Shown: one piece after another, positions 7,722 to 19,618 of the stretch
Numbering within the stretch: position 1 is the first letter of the stretch
How the letters are laid out: every line of letters begins with the position of its first letter
From: an uncultured Eubacteriales bacterium
GTDB taxonomy: Bacteria > Bacillota > Clostridia > Oscillospirales > CAG-272
DNA: 64,000 nucleotides
Direction of reading: 5' to 3'
NCBI GenBank assembly: GCA_934378145.1
Contig: CAKXXW010000007.1
Coordinates: forward strand, 10,053 to 74,052
Notes under the pieces: model-generated
What the model was told of the DNA's origin: nothing
Database searches by the model: none
The model's input: the letters and a program-made list of their open reading frames with translations, nothing else
Position numbers and translations under genes: made by a program

Positions 7722-9926
7722 ATGAAAAAAGCATTGCTCGCACTCCTTATCGCGCTCGCGATACTTATTCCGACTCTTGTTGCCTGTAACGGTAATACGC
7801 CGGACGGCGGAGACGGAACGACGACCGGAGATGTCGTCGGGGTAGAAAAAACCTTTGACCTCACCGACTACCGCCTTGTAAGAGGTTTCAAGCCGACTCC
7901 CTCGTCCGAGCTTATCAAGGGTATCGCTGATCTTCGCAATACGATACAGGACAAAATGGGCCTTGACCTTCGCTACACCGACGACTACCTTGAGAACGGT
8001 GCCACCGAAGAGACTCAGACAAAGGAGATAGTCATAGGAAAGACCTCCCGCTCCGCCACCGCAGAGGTGCAGGAGAAGCTCACCGACGGCTCGCGCTTCA
8101 TAATCACGACGGTCGGCGAGAGGATAGTCATCCTCGGCACGAGCGATGAAGAAACGCTCAAGGGCGTCGAATATTTCAAGAAGAACTTCATCGAAAAGGG
8201 CAAGGACGGCAAATTCACCTACATAGACACCCTCTACTATATGAGCGATGCCACCCCGATCATCGACATCCTGAAGGACGGCAAGACCGATTTCAAGATC
8301 ATATACATGGACGGTCTTGACAACAAGATAAACCTCTCCCCCGACGATAAAAACTACAAATACGACCGCCGCGACATCGAAGTCGAGTACGCTATGGCGA
8401 TAGCGTCAAAGCTCAACGGATACGCAAAGAGCAAGACCGCCTTCAAGCTCGAAAGCGATTGGACACCTGCCGGATCCGAGCCGGATCCCACTACATTCGA
8501 GATAATAGTCGGCAGAAGCAACCGCCCCGAACTTGCGAAGGTAAAAGAGACCCTCGGATACGACGAATATACCGTATGTATGGAGGGCAACAAGCTCATC
8601 GTCTTCGGATGGACCGCGACGACTCTCAAGCTCGCTTACGAGAAGGCGCTCACCGTTCTCAGTTCAATAGCCGTCGCCGACGATAACAAGAACTATACAC
8701 TCTCGATCCCGCAGGACTACAAGAAGGTCGGCAAATACAGCGGCTGGCTCACCGACATCCCCGCTTTCAGAGAGGCGAAAGCCGATGCCTGCTACGACGC
8801 GAATAACGGAAACCTCGGTATGAAGTTCGAGAACGCGACCGCCGATGAGTACAAGGCTTTCTGCAAAAAGCTCACCGACGCCGGCTACACTGCCGTTATG
8901 GAAAACGAAGCGGTAAACAATATCTTCAAGACCTTCACGAACGGCAAGAAGATGGTCCACACCTACTATGTCGACTACGACAAGGCGGTAAGGATCATCA
9001 CGAGCAACAACGAGACCGTTCTCCCGAACACCACGCCGCAGAAGATCAAAAACAAGATCTGCGATATGTCGCTCACTCAGCTCGGACTCAACTACTCAGC
9101 CGGAAACTTCGGTATGTGCTACATAATCACCCTTGAGGACGGCAGCTTCATCATCTACGACGGCGGCGGCTCGAACGGCGAAGACTACATAAGACTCTAC
9201 AATATGCTTGAAAAGCTCAACAAGCGCACCGACGGCATCCACATCGCGGCTTGGGTCATAACCCATATGCATTGGGATCACCACTCTGTATTCAGACAGT
9301 TCGTCAACTCCTACAAGAACAAGATAAAACTTGAGCTTGTCGTCACAAATGTCGTAAACCAGAACGAAATGTACAACGGCTGGAATACCGATAAGACCGG
9401 CGATACCGCGCTCCCGGACATCATTGCAGCCACCGGCGCAAAGCTCCTCAAGCCCCACACAGGTCAGTACTTCTATGTCAGGAATGTCAAGTGCGAGGTG
9501 CTTTACACGCACGAAGACCTCTTCCCCGACCCGATCCTCTACTTCAACAACACCTCGACCGTCACCCGTCTCACCCTCGGCAGTCAGACCATGCTCCTCC
9601 TCGGAGATGTGCAGGTCGCGGGCTGCAATGTAATGGTTCCGATGTACGGCGATTACCTCAAATCCGACATAGTGCAGGTCGCTCACCACGGCGAGACCGG
9701 CGCGACAAAGGCTCTTTATGTAAAGGCTGCCCCGACCTTCCTCGTATGGCCCGTAAGCGCCTCACGCTACAACGAACAGACCGCAGGAACCAGCAGCGGT
9801 GACCTCTATGTCGTTGACTACTACCTCAAGACGAATAAAAATATCCTTGATATAATCGTCGCCGATCAGAAAACGAAATTTATGCCTCTCCCCTACACGA
9901 AGGGCGCATGGAGTGCGCTCGAATGA
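7722..9926 (+). CDS. Lipoprotein with a C-terminal metallo-beta-lactamase-fold (ComEC/Rec2-related) hydrolase domain
   Basis: ATG at 7722 after GGAAAGG. Lipobox MKKALLALLIALAILIPTLVAC. The C-terminal domain has HMHWDHH and VAHHGE metal-binding motifs. The N-terminal roughly 450 aa have no motif I recognise. Confidence 0.7.
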   Translation: MKKALLALLIALAILIPTLVACNGNTPDGGDGTTTGDVVGVEKTFDLTDYRLVRGFKPTPSSELIKGIADLRNTIQDKMGLDLRYTDDYLENGATEETQTKEIVIGKTSRSATAEVQEKLTDGSRFIITTVGERIVILGTSDEETLKGVEYFKKNFIEKGKDGKFTYIDTLYYMSDATPIIDILKDGKTDFKIIYMDGLDNKINLSPDDKNYKYDRRDIEVEYAMAIASKLNGYAKSKTAFKLESDWTPAGSEPDPTTFEIIVGRSNRPELAKVKETLGYDEYTVCMEGNKLIVFGWTATTLKLAYEKALTVLSSIAVADDNKNYTLSIPQDYKKVGKYSGWLTDIPAFREAKADACYDANNGNLGMKFENATADEYKAFCKKLTDAGYTAVMENEAVNNIFKTFTNGKKMVHTYYVDYDKAVRIITSNNETVLPNTTPQKIKNKICDMSLTQLGLNYSAGNFGMCYIITLEDGSFIIYDGGGSNGEDYIRLYNMLEKLNKRTDGIHIAAWVITHMHWDHHSVFRQFVNSYKNKIKLELVVTNVVNQNEMYNGWNTDKTGDTALPDIIAATGAKLLKPHTGQYFYVRNVKCEVLYTHEDLFPDPILYFNNTSTVTRLTLGSQTMLLLGDVQVAGCNVMVPMYGDYLKSDIVQVAHHGETGATKALYVKAAPTFLVWPVSASRYNEQTAGTSSGDLYVVDYYLKTNKNILDIIVADQKTKFMPLPYTKGAWSALE

Positions 9927-9940
9927 CCCGATAAAAAGCA

Positions 9941-9989
9941 AAAAAGCTCTGCCTGTCTTCCGCATAGGAAGCTCAGGCAGGGCTTTTTT
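9941..9989. terminator. Bidirectional rho-independent terminator
   Basis: The hairpin is aaaaagctctgcctgtcttcc-gcata-ggaagctcaggcagggcttttt. It has an A-tract 5' and a T-tract 3' and lies between convergent genes. Confidence 0.7.
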
Positions 9990-10005
9990 ATGACCCGTTA
10001 TTTAT

Positions 10006-10713
10006 TCAGTGACCGAAGAATCCGATGCTGCCCTTGAACACGACTACGAGCAGAACGGTGCAGACCGCGATCACGGCGACTGCGGAGATCAGAACGATTA
10101 TCTCACGCTTTCCGAAGCGGTAGCTGCCGTCGCCTCCGTCCGAAACGCTCTCGGCGGGGATCGCCCGCGCCTTTCTGAGCGCCGTCGCCAGCGGCTTGTA
10201 CAGCACAAGGACGAGTGCGGCGTTTATGACCGTCTTGATAAGGTTGAACGGCAGGAGCAGCGCGGGGATCATTCCGGCTATCGTACCTACCGACATTCCC
10301 GTATAGATCGGCGTTATGAGCAGGTTCATAAGAAGCATAACTCCGGTCGTCAGCACGACCGAAAGCGTAAGCCCGACGACCGCACCCGAGAATGTCTTCT
10401 TCAGCTTCGGAATGTAAAAGTAGACAACACTGCCCGCGGCGGCAAAGGTCGCGCTCGCGATCGCGTTCATTATGAAGCCCCAGATGCCCGTCGAACTTAC
10501 CGTGACCATCTCAAGCAGCGCCACAAGCACCGAGATCACACATCCGGCGACCGGTCCGTAGGCAAATGCCGCGACCGTGATGACCGCGTCCTTCGCGTCG
10601 AATGTCAGAAAGCCTCCGATGCCACCTATCTTCACGACAAAAAGGCTTGCATAAGCCAATGCCGCGAACATTGCAAGCGATGTATAGCGTCTGATACCGT
10701 ATTTCTTAGTCAT
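10006..10713 (-). CDS. ribU: Riboflavin ECF transporter S component
   Basis: Multi-pass membrane protein with an ECF S-component pattern (LLPFNLIKTVINAALVLVLY). It lies directly downstream of an FMN riboswitch. The ATG at 10713 follows GGGAGAG; the ORF-track start at 10731 is a TTG that overlaps this RBS. Confidence 0.75.
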   Translation of the reverse strand: MTKKYGIRRYTSLAMFAALAYASLFVVKIGGIGGFLTFDAKDAVITVAAFAYGPVAGCVISVLVALLEMVTVSSTGIWGFIMNAIASATFAAAGSVVYFYIPKLKKTFSGAVVGLTLSVVLTTGVMLLMNLLITPIYTGMSVGTIAGMIPALLLPFNLIKTVINAALVLVLYKPLATALRKARAIPAESVSDGGDGSYRFGKREIIVLISAVAVIAVCTVLLVVVFKGSIGFFGH

Positions 10714-10746
10714 AAAAATCTCTCCCAACAAATAAATTTTGGAAGA

Positions 10747-10772
10747 TAAAAAAAGTCCCCTCCCGGGGAACA
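10747..10772 (-). terminator. Putative expression-platform terminator of the FMN riboswitch
   Basis: The minus strand has a short GC stem, gttcccc-ggga-ggggac, followed by tttttttat. Confidence 0.45.
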
Positions 10773-10778
10773 GGTTTT

Positions 10779-10889
10779 ATCTTTTCTCATCCGGACTCTG
10801 ACCGTCGGCACAGGAATCTCACCTGTTCGGCGCCTCTCGGCGTTAGCGGGCTTTACCGCCGGTATGGAATTTCACCAATCCCCAAAGAT
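10779..10889 (-). promoter_or_regulatory. FMN riboswitch (RFN element, Rfam RF00050)
   Basis: The minus strand reads atctttggggattggtgaaattccataccggcggtaaagcccgc...ggtgagattcctgtgccgacggtcagagtccggatgagaaaagat. Both conserved GGUGAAAUUCC-type boxes are present, as are ACCGGCGGUAAAGCCCGC, GCCGACGGU..AGUCCGGAUG and the closing P1 helix (atctttt/aaaagat). Confidence 0.85.
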
Positions 10890-10932
10890 CTGTGATCTTA
10901 AGTTTTTCGCGCTTTCCTCAAGGTCAAATGCC

Positions 10933-10974
10933 GTACAGGGACTGCCGCTTTCGCGGCAACCCCTGTACTTTTTT
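10933..10974. terminator. Hairpin downstream of tuf (probable operon terminator)
   Basis: Strong stem: gtacaggg-actgccgctttcgcggcaac-ccctgtac. The T-run (10969-10974) is on the plus-strand side only, so polarity relative to tuf is atypical. Confidence 0.45.
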
Positions 10975-10991
10975 GATCCTTAACGGTTCAA

Positions 10992-12194
10992 TTATGCAAG
11001 GATCTTCGAAACAACGCCCGATCCGACGGTTCTGCCGCCCTCACGGATAGCGAAACGAAGTCCCTCTTCCATAGCGATAGGTGTGATAAGCTCAACAGTC
11101 ATATCAACATTATCGCCCGGACGGCACATATCGGTGCCTTCGGGAAGCTCGATAGTACCGGTAACATCGGTGGTTCTGAAGTAGAACTGAGGTCTGTATC
11201 CGGTTACGAAGGGCTTCTTACGGCCGCCTTCTTTTTCGGTCAGGCAGTAAACATGACCGACGAACTTGGTGTGCGGATGAACTGTGCCGGGCTTGCAGAG
11301 GACCTGGCCACGCTCGATGCCGTCCTTCGCTACGCCGCGAAGAAGAACACCGATGTTGTCGCCCGCCTCAGCCTGGGGCAGGAGCTTGTGGAACATCTCA
11401 ACGCCGGTAACGACAGAGCTGCCCTTTTCTTCGGAAAGACCGACGATCTCGACAGCGTCGCCAACCTTAACGGTTCCGCGCTCGACACGACCGGTAGCAA
11501 CCGTTCCACGGCCGGAGATCGAGAAAACATCCTCGACAGGCATAAGGAAGGGCTTATCGGACTGACGCTCAGGGGTAGGAATATAGCTGTCAACAGCCTC
11601 CATCAGCTCCTTGATGCAAGCATACTCGGGAGCGTTGGGATCGGTGCTGGTCGACTCGAGGGCGTTACGGGCAGAGCCGCGGATGATCGGAATATCATCG
11701 CCCGGGAAGTCATAGGACGAGAGGAGGTCACGGACTTCCATCTCGACAAGGTCAAGGATCTCTTCGTCATCAACAAGGTCAGTCTTGTTCATGAAAACGA
11801 CGAGGGCAGGAACGCCGACCTGACGGGCAAGAAGAACATGCTCGCGGGTCTGGGCAAGAGGTCCGTCGGTACCCGCAACGACGAGGATAGCGCCGTCCAT
11901 CTGTGCAGCACCGGTGATCATGTTTTTAACATAGTCAGCGTGTCCCGGGCAGTCAACATGCGCGTAGTGACGGTTTGCGGTCTCATACTCAACATGTCTC
12001 GAGTTGATCGTGATACCACGGGCTCTTTCCTCGGGGCAGTTGTCGATCTGGCTGTAATCAAGGAACTCAGACCCGTTTACGAGAGAGAGATACTTCGTGA
12101 TCGCAGCAGTAAGAGTAGTTTTACCGTGGTCAACGTGACCGATGGTACCAATGTTTACATGGGGCTTTGTACGCTCAAACGTCTGTTTTGCCAT
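10992..12194 (-). CDS. tuf: Elongation factor Tu
   Basis: 400 aa. The sequence [33 protein letters not shown] plus DCPGHADY and NKTD G-motifs identify it. Confidence 0.98.
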   Translation of the reverse strand: MAKQTFERTKPHVNIGTIGHVDHGKTTLTAAITKYLSLVNGSEFLDYSQIDNCPEERARGITINSRHVEYETANRHYAHVDCPGHADYVKNMITGAAQMDGAILVVAGTDGPLAQTREHVLLARQVGVPALVVFMNKTDLVDDEEILDLVEMEVRDLLSSYDFPGDDIPIIRGSARNALESTSTDPNAPEYACIKELMEAVDSYIPTPERQSDKPFLMPVEDVFSISGRGTVATGRVERGTVKVGDAVEIVGLSEEKGSSVVTGVEMFHKLLPQAEAGDNIGVLLRGVAKDGIERGQVLCKPGTVHPHTKFVGHVYCLTEKEGGRKKPFVTGYRPQFYFRTTDVTGTIELPEGTDMCRPGDNVDMTVELITPIAMEEGLRFAIREGGRTVGSGVVSKILA

Positions 12195-12231
12195 TTGTAA
12201 AATCCTCCGATTATTATTTTAATTAAATTTT

Positions 12232-14301
12232 TCAGCGTGATGCAATGATTTTTTCCTGGATCGACTTCGGCACTTCTGCGAAGTGATCGGGTTCCATGGA
12301 ATAGTTGCCGCGTCCCTGCGTCTTTGAACGCAGATCGGTGGCATATCCGAACATTTCGGACAGCGGGACCATCGCGGTGATCTCCTGCGCGCCCGTTACA
12401 GGCTCAATCGACTGGATCGCACCGCGGCGTGAGTTGAAGTCGCCGATAACATCGCCCATATAATCATCGGGAACGACGGTAACGACCTTCATGATAGGCT
12501 CGGTGAGTACGGGGTCCGCCTTCTTCATAGCATCCTTGAACGCCATGGAACCGGCGATCTTGAATGCCATTTCGGACGAGTCGACCTCGTGATACGAGCC
12601 GTCGTAGAGCGTGACCTTCACATCAACGACATTGTAGCCCGCAAGCACACCCGAGCGCATAGCGCTCTGGATACCGGCGTCGACCGCAGGAATGAATTCC
12701 TTCGGGATCGCGCCGCCCGTGACGGCATTGACGAACTCGTAGCCCTTTCCGGGTTCGGAAGGCTCGATCGTGATCTTGACATGACCGTACTGACCGTGAC
12801 CGCCCGACTGACGGGCAAACTTGGTCTCCTGGTCGGCTTTCTTGCGGATGGTCTCCTTATAAGCGACCTGCGGTGCGCCTATATTCGCCTCAACATTGAA
12901 CTCGCGGAGAAGTCTCTCGACGATGATCTCAAGGTGAAGCTCGCCCATTCCGGCGATGATCGTCTGACCGGTGTCCTGATCGGTGTAGGTCCTGAAGGTA
13001 GGATCCTCCTCCGCCAGCTTCTGAAGTCCGACGCCGAGCTTTTCCTGACCCGCGCGGGTCTTCGGCTCGATGGCGACTCTGATAACGGGCTCGGGGAATT
13101 CCATCTGCTCAAGGATGATGGGCTTCGTCTCATCGCAGAAGGTATCGCCCGTTGTGGTATTCTTTATACCGATAACGGCGGCGATGTCTCCGCTGTAAAC
13201 GCCCTCGATGTCCTTACGCTCGTTGGCGTGCATCTGAAGGATACGACCGAAGCGCTCGCGCGCCCCCTTCGTTGAGTTATACGCTGTTTCGCCCGCCTTG
13301 ATCGTTCCCGAATATACGCGGAAGAAGCAGAGTCTTCCGACATAGGGGTCGGTCATGATCTTGAACGCCAGAGCCGAGAAAGGCTCCGAGTCGCTCGCGC
13401 TGCGGGTGTCCTCCTCACCGGTCTGGGGATTTATACCCTTCACGGGAGGAATATCAAGCGGCGAGGGAAGGTACTCGACGATATTGTCAAGCAGCTTCTG
13501 AACGCCCTTGTTTCTGTACGATGTTCCGCACATAACGGGGACCATGGTGTTTGCGATCGTGGCTTTTCTGATAGCGGCGCGGATCTCGTCGACCGTGATC
13601 TCTTCCCCGTTGCAGAACTTCTCGAAAAGCTCTTCGTCGGTCTCGGCGGTAGCTTCGAGCATCTTTTCACGGTACTCGTTTGCAAGCTCGACCATATCTT
13701 CCGGGATCGGCTCGATCCTCATATCCTTACCGAGTTCATCGTAGTAAACATCGGCTTCCATGTTTACGAGGTCGACAATGCCACGGAAGCTGTCCTCAGA
13801 ACCGATAGGCAGTTGTACGGGAACGGGATTTGTGTGGAGCCTTTCCTTCATCATCGTGAGAACGCGGTAGAAGTTGGCTCCCATGATATCCATTTTGTTT
13901 ACATACGCCATTCTCGGCACACCGTACTTGTTTGCCTGTCTCCAGACAGTTTCGGACTGCGGCTCGACTCCGCCCTTGGCGCAGAAGACGCAGACCGCTC
14001 CGTCAAGTACACGGAGCGAACGCTCGACCTCGACTGTAAAATCGACATGTCCCGGCGTATCTATGATATTTATGCGATGACCCTTCCAATAGCAGGTAGT
14101 GGCAGCCGATGTGATCGTGATACCTCTCTCCTGCTCCTCTTCCATCCAGTCCATCGTTGCGGCACCCTCGTGGGTCTCGCCGAGCTTATGGGTCTTTCCG
14201 GTATAAAAGAGGATTCTCTCGGTCGTAGTGGTTTTGCCGGCATCGATATGAGCCATGATTCCGATGTTCCGGGTCCGCTCAAGTGAATACTCCCTTGGCA
14301 T
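12232..14301 (-). CDS. fusA: Elongation factor G
   Basis: 689 aa. The sequence [24 protein letters not shown] and DTPGHVDF identify it. It sits in str-operon order. Confidence 0.98.
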   Translation of the reverse strand: MPREYSLERTRNIGIMAHIDAGKTTTTERILFYTGKTHKLGETHEGAATMDWMEEEQERGITITSAATTCYWKGHRINIIDTPGHVDFTVEVERSLRVLDGAVCVFCAKGGVEPQSETVWRQANKYGVPRMAYVNKMDIMGANFYRVLTMMKERLHTNPVPVQLPIGSEDSFRGIVDLVNMEADVYYDELGKDMRIEPIPEDMVELANEYREKMLEATAETDEELFEKFCNGEEITVDEIRAAIRKATIANTMVPVMCGTSYRNKGVQKLLDNIVEYLPSPLDIPPVKGINPQTGEEDTRSASDSEPFSALAFKIMTDPYVGRLCFFRVYSGTIKAGETAYNSTKGARERFGRILQMHANERKDIEGVYSGDIAAVIGIKNTTTGDTFCDETKPIILEQMEFPEPVIRVAIEPKTRAGQEKLGVGLQKLAEEDPTFRTYTDQDTGQTIIAGMGELHLEIIVERLLREFNVEANIGAPQVAYKETIRKKADQETKFARQSGGHGQYGHVKITIEPSEPGKGYEFVNAVTGGAIPKEFIPAVDAGIQSAMRSGVLAGYNVVDVKVTLYDGSYHEVDSSEMAFKIAGSMAFKDAMKKADPVLTEPIMKVVTVVPDDYMGDVIGDFNSRRGAIQSIEPVTGAQEITAMVPLSEMFGYATDLRSKTQGRGNYSMEPDHFAEVPKSIQEKIIASR

Positions 14302-14331
14302 AGATTGCTTTTTCTCCTATTCTGCGGCAGA

Positions 14332-14826
<495 letters not shown>

Positions 14827-14954
14827 TTATGAAATCACAGGTACTCAAAAGCATTCTTCTGTCAGTGCCCGGCTTGCTCTGCTTAAACATTAAAGTTCAG
14901 CTCAAAAGGCGGGCTTGTCAGTGGTATGCTTATACCCTTTCTGCTCCCGAAGAA

Positions 14955-15374
14955 TTATTTCTTCTTTTTAGGAGCCTTTGCGCCGTACTTTGAACGGCTC
15001 TGCAGACGGTTCGCGACGCCCTGTGCATCGAGCGTACCGCGGATGATGTGGTAACGCACGCCAGGCAGGTCACGGACACGACCGCCCCTGATAAGGACGA
15101 CCGAGTGTTCCTGCAGGTTGTGTCCGATTCCCGGAATATACACCGTAGCCTCGAGACCGTTGGTAAGACGGACTCTCGCTATCTTACGGAGAGCGGAGTT
15201 AGGCTTCTTCGGGCTGGTCGTATACACTCTCGTGCAGACGCCTCTCTTCTGCGGTGAACTCAGGTCTGTCGGGGCATTTTCGAGAGAGTTGAAGCCCTTC
15301 TGAAGCACGGGGGCTTTGGACTTGTATGTCTTCTCGCTTCTGCCTTGTCTGACAAGTTGGTTGAATGTCGGCAT
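14955..15374 (-). CDS. rpsL: 30S ribosomal protein S12
   Basis: 139 aa. The sequence [12 protein letters not shown]...[10 protein letters not shown] identifies it. Confidence 0.98.
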   Translation of the reverse strand: MPTFNQLVRQGRSEKTYKSKAPVLQKGFNSLENAPTDLSSPQKRGVCTRVYTTSPKKPNSALRKIARVRLTNGLEATVYIPGIGHNLQEHSVVLIRGGRVRDLPGVRYHIIRGTLDAQGVANRLQSRSKYGAKAPKKKK

Positions 15375-15474
15375 TGTTTTCCTCCTTTCGGCAATACTTT
15401 AATGTTTATACAGACGCAAACCGAACGGTCTGCGATACTGCCATATTTTGGCTATCGCTCCAAAAATACATTTT

Positions 15475-15503
15475 ATTATATCATTTTGCCCGTCTTTTGT
15501 CAA
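15475..15503 (-). promoter_or_regulatory. Promoter of the rpsL-rpsG-fusA-tuf (str) operon
   Basis: The minus strand has consensus TTGACA, 17 nt, TATAAT (plus-strand tgtcaa 15498-15503 and attata 15475-15480). Confidence 0.65.
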
Positions 15504-15633
15504 GCGGACAAGCGGATGACTTATCTTTTTATCCGTTTTTTCTGCGTTTTGCACAAACGCGGAGACATCTTAATAAAATATTTACACAATTTTGGCGCAT
15601 ATAAACAAAGCGAAGAAGCTCCTCTTTCTTGAC

Positions 15634-15667
15634 CTGTTGCCGCGGAGCATCAGCTCCGCGGCAACAG
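15634..15667 (-). terminator. Hairpin terminator after rpoC
   Basis: A perfect 15-bp stem, ctgttgccgcggagc-atc-agctccgcggcaacag, lies 10 nt downstream of the rpoC stop. There is no clean U-tract. Confidence 0.55.
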
Positions 15668-15676
15668 ATTATTGTC

Positions 15677-18600
15677 TCAGCCGGCGATCGCACCGCTGTC
15701 GGGGGTCTCTCCGACGCCCTCGGTGTCGACTACGGTGATATTCTTGTAGCGATCCATACCGGTACCGGCAGGGATCAGCTTACCTATAATGACATTCTCC
15801 TTGAGTCCGAGCAGGTTGTCGACCTTGCCCTTGATAGCCGCTTCGGTAAGGACCTTCGTGGTCTCCTGGAACGAAGCCGCGGACAGGAAGGACTCGGTCT
15901 GGAGCGCTGCCTTCGTGATACCGAGAAGTACGGGCGAGCCTTCCGCGACGGCAAGCTCGGCTCCCGTCTCGTCGGTCTTCTCGCCGGCGGCGAGGCGCTC
16001 TTCGACGATCTCGTTCTGCTCCTCAAACTCGTTGAGGTCGACGGTCGCGCCCTCAAGCAGCTCGGTGCTGCCCGGGAAGTCGACCTTCATCTTTCTCGTC
16101 ATCTGACGGCAGATGATCTCGATATGCTTATCGTTTACGCGCACATCCTGCGAACGGTATACCTTCTGTACCTCTTTGATAAGGTACTCATAAACGGCGT
16201 CAAGTCCGAGGATGCGCATGATATCGGCAGGAGACTTGTTGCCCTCTGTAAGAGCCTGACCCTTCTCGACACGGTCGCCGTCGGCGATCGCAAGGCGCGT
16301 GCCGTAGGGTATCTGATACTTTCTGATCTCACCGTCGTCGGTGTTGATCGTGACCTCGTAGGCTCCGAACTCGGTCGGGGCGATATAAGCCAGACCCGAT
16401 ACCTCGCTCATAACGGCAGCCTTCTTCGGCGAGCGGGCTTCGAACAGCTCCTCGACACGGGGAAGACCCTGCGTGATATCCGAGCCGGCAACGCCGCCCG
16501 AGTGGAAGGTTCTCATCGTAAGCTGAGTACCCGGTTCACCTATCGACTGAGCGGCTATGATACCGACAGCCTCGCCTATGCTGACAGGTCTTGCGAAAGC
16601 AAGGTCGTCGCCGTAGCAGTGAGCGCAGATACCGTGCTTCGCATGGCACTGAATGACCGAACGGATATAGACCTTTCCGATGCCTGCCTCGACGATCTTT
16701 GCGATGATCTCGTCATTGATCCTTGTATCGTCCTCTGCGATGACCTCACCGGTCTTCGGGTTGACGATGGGACCCATAGTATATCTGCCGCGGATGCGGT
16801 CTTCAAGCGATTCGAGCGCCTTCGGTGCAAGCTCGATCTCGGTAAGTCCCGACTCGCGGAGCTGCTTTTCCATGCCCGAGGTGATAAGGGTGAGCGCGCC
16901 GACGATGATCTCTCCGGTCTTCGGATCCTTGACATCGAATGCCGAGTAGTTTCCGGCGAGCTTTTCGGGGGACGAGAGGTCGAAGGCAGAGGTCTCGTTG
17001 CGGTCGAAGATCGCATTGACCCACGCGCCCTTCTTCGTGTCGCACTTCTCCTCCCTGACGATGACATCCTGCGATACATCGACAAGACGGCGGGTAAGGT
17101 AACCCGAGTCTGCGGTACGGAGAGCCGTATCCGACAGCGATTTACGCGAACCCTTTGCGCCCATGAAGTATTCGAGTATATTAAGACCCTCACGGAAGTT
17201 CGACTTGATCGGTATCTCAAGGGTCTTACCGTTTGTAGCGAACATAAGTCCGCGCATACCGGCGAGCTGATACATCTGTTTTACGGAACCACGGGCTCCG
17301 GAATCGGACATTATCTTGATCGGGTTGTAGCGGTCGAATCTGTTAAGAAGCGCCGTAGTAACATCCTTTGTGGTCTGTTCCCAGATCTTTATGACGCTGT
17401 TATAGCGCTCAGTCTCGGAAAGTTCACCGCGGTTGAAGTGCTTTATGACCTTGCCGACCTTCTTTTCGGATTCGGCGATGATGTCCTTCTTCTCGTCGGG
17501 GATCGTCATATCGTAGACCGAGATCGAGATAGCGGCCTTTGTCGAATACTTGTAGCCCATCTCCTTGATGGAGTCAAGGATCTCGGCGGTCTGCGCGGTA
17601 TCGTAATGCTTCGCGCACTTATCGACTATCTGGCTGAGTTCCTTCTTCGTGACGACGAAGGCTACCTCAAGCGCGAATTCATTGCCGGGCTTCGTACGGT
17701 CGACAAACCCGAGGTCCTGCGGCAGGGGCTTATTGTAGATAAGTCTGCCGAGTGTTACGGCATTCGGTCCGGTCATAACGCGCTTTTCGCCGTTCTCGCC
17801 GGTCTCGACACCGATAAGCTCGGTCTTCTCGACTCCGCCGATCTTCTTTGTATATCTGACCGCGATAGGCGCATGGAGTCCTATCTGATGCTCCTCGTAA
17901 GCCATGACAGCCTCGTCGAAGTCGCGGAAGACGCGACCCGTTCCGGGCTCTTCGGGCTTCACTATCGTGAGGTAGTAGGAGCCGAGGATCATGTCCTGTG
18001 TAGGAACGGTAACGGCGTTACCGTCAACGGGCTTCAGAAGGTTGTTGGCCGAGAGCATGAGGAATCTCGCCTCAGCCTGCGCCTCGGAGGACAGCGGCAC
18101 ATGGACCGGCATCTGGTCGCCGTCGAAGTCGGCGTTGAATGCGGTACATACCAGCGGGTGGAGCTTTATGGCACGACCCTCGACAAGCACCGGCTCGAAA
18201 GCCTGTATCGAAAGTCTGTGCAGTGTGGGAGCGCGGTTCAGAAGGACCGGATGCTCCTTGATGACATTTTCGAGAGCGTCCCATACGGGGGGATTCTCGT
18301 AAGCCTTCTCGATCTTCTTCTGCGCGTCCTTGACATTCGTCGCCTTCTGCATTTCGACAAGGCGCTTTACGACGAAGGGCTTGAATAGTTCGAGAGCCAT
18401 TTCCTTCGGCAGACCGCACTGATAGATCTTCAGCGAAGGTCCGACGACGATGACCGAACGGCCCGAATAGTCGACACGCTTACCGAGAAGGTTCTGACGG
18501 AAGCGTCCCTGCTTACCGCGGAGCATCTCGGAGAGCGACTTGAGCGGACGGTTCGAGGGGCCCGTGACGGGCTTTCCGCGTCTGCCGTTGTCGATGAGCG

Positions 18601-19603
18601 AGTCAACGGCTTCCTGAAGCATACGCTTCTCGTTGCGGATAACTATCTCGGGAGTCCTTATTTCAAGGAGCTTCTTGAGTCGGTTGTTTCTGCTTATGAT
18701 GCGGCGGTAAAGCTCATTTATGTCGGAAGACGCGAATCTTCCGCCGTCGAGCTGTACCATCGGGCGGATATCGGGCGGGATGACCGGTACATTTTCAAGT
18801 ATCATCCAGTCGAGGTGGTTGCCCGACTTTCTGAAAGCCTCGAAGACCTCGAGCCTCTTGATATACCTGATCTTCTTCTGACCCGTCGCGGCAAGAAGTC
18901 CCTGCTTGAGTTCGGTGACGGTTCTCGCGACACCCGCGCGGCAGAGGTTTTCAAGCTCTTCGCTCTCCTCGGTCGAAAGGGTCTCGCCGGCAGCCTCCTT
19001 CTCCTTCTTGAGCTTTTCAAGCTCGAAGCGGCGGGCAGCCTCGGCATCGGTCAGACCGACCTCTTTGAGCAGCTCCTCGATAGCCTCGGCGCCCATTCCG
19101 GCGCGGAAGCCGTTGCCGTACATCTCGCGCGCCTCGGTGTACTGCTTCTCGGAGAGGACCATGCCCTTCTCAAGAGGCGTGTTGCCGGGATCGAGGACGA
19201 CATTTTCGGCAAAGTAGAGTACCTGCTCGAGCTGCTTCGGCGACATATCAAGTACGAGAGCCATTCTCGAGGGGATAGCCTTGAAGTACCAGATATGCGA
19301 CACCGGAGTCGCAAGCTCTATGTGACCCATTCTCTCGCGGCGCACCTTCTTCGTGGTCACATCGACGCCGCACTTCTCGCACTTTATGACTTCCTTGCTG
19401 TGCGAGTTCTTATACTTTCCGCAGGCGCAGGCTCCGTCCTTCATAGGCCCGAAGATCCTTTCGCAGAAAAGACCTCCGATCTCGGGCTTGAGCGTGCGGT
19501 AGTTTATGGTCTCGGGCTTCGTTACCTCGCCGTAAGACCAGTTCTTGATCATATCGGGAGAAGCAAGACCTATTTTTATCGAAGCAAACTCATGATTTCC
19601 CAT
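15677..19603 (-). CDS. rpoC: DNA-directed RNA polymerase subunit beta'
   Basis: 1308 aa with the NADFDGD catalytic motif and a zinc-binding CxxxxCxxC N-terminus. Confidence 0.98.
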   Translation of the reverse strand: MGNHEFASIKIGLASPDMIKNWSYGEVTKPETINYRTLKPEIGGLFCERIFGPMKDGACACGKYKNSHSKEVIKCEKCGVDVTTKKVRRERMGHIELATPVSHIWYFKAIPSRMALVLDMSPKQLEQVLYFAENVVLDPGNTPLEKGMVLSEKQYTEAREMYGNGFRAGMGAEAIEELLKEVGLTDAEAARRFELEKLKKEKEAAGETLSTEESEELENLCRAGVARTVTELKQGLLAATGQKKIRYIKRLEVFEAFRKSGNHLDWMILENVPVIPPDIRPMVQLDGGRFASSDINELYRRIISRNNRLKKLLEIRTPEIVIRNEKRMLQEAVDSLIDNGRRGKPVTGPSNRPLKSLSEMLRGKQGRFRQNLLGKRVDYSGRSVIVVGPSLKIYQCGLPKEMALELFKPFVVKRLVEMQKATNVKDAQKKIEKAYENPPVWDALENVIKEHPVLLNRAPTLHRLSIQAFEPVLVEGRAIKLHPLVCTAFNADFDGDQMPVHVPLSSEAQAEARFLMLSANNLLKPVDGNAVTVPTQDMILGSYYLTIVKPEEPGTGRVFRDFDEAVMAYEEHQIGLHAPIAVRYTKKIGGVEKTELIGVETGENGEKRVMTGPNAVTLGRLIYNKPLPQDLGFVDRTKPGNEFALEVAFVVTKKELSQIVDKCAKHYDTAQTAEILDSIKEMGYKYSTKAAISISVYDMTIPDEKKDIIAESEKKVGKVIKHFNRGELSETERYNSVIKIWEQTTKDVTTALLNRFDRYNPIKIMSDSGARGSVKQMYQLAGMRGLMFATNGKTLEIPIKSNFREGLNILEYFMGAKGSRKSLSDTALRTADSGYLTRRLVDVSQDVIVREEKCDTKKGAWVNAIFDRNETSAFDLSSPEKLAGNYSAFDVKDPKTGEIIVGALTLITSGMEKQLRESGLTEIELAPKALESLEDRIRGRYTMGPIVNPKTGEVIAEDDTRINDEIIAKIVEAGIGKVYIRSVIQCHAKHGICAHCYGDDLAFARPVSIGEAVGIIAAQSIGEPGTQLTMRTFHSGGVAGSDITQGLPRVEELFEARSPKKAAVMSEVSGLAYIAPTEFGAYEVTINTDDGEIRKYQIPYGTRLAIADGDRVEKGQALTEGNKSPADIMRILGLDAVYEYLIKEVQKVYRSQDVRVNDKHIEIICRQMTRKMKVDFPGSTELLEGATVDLNEFEEQNEIVEERLAAGEKTDETGAELAVAEGSPVLLGITKAALQTESFLSAASFQETTKVLTEAAIKGKVDNLLGLKENVIIGKLIPAGTGMDRYKNITVVDTEGVGETPDSGAIAG

Positions 19604-19618
19604 CTCTGCATCTCCTCC

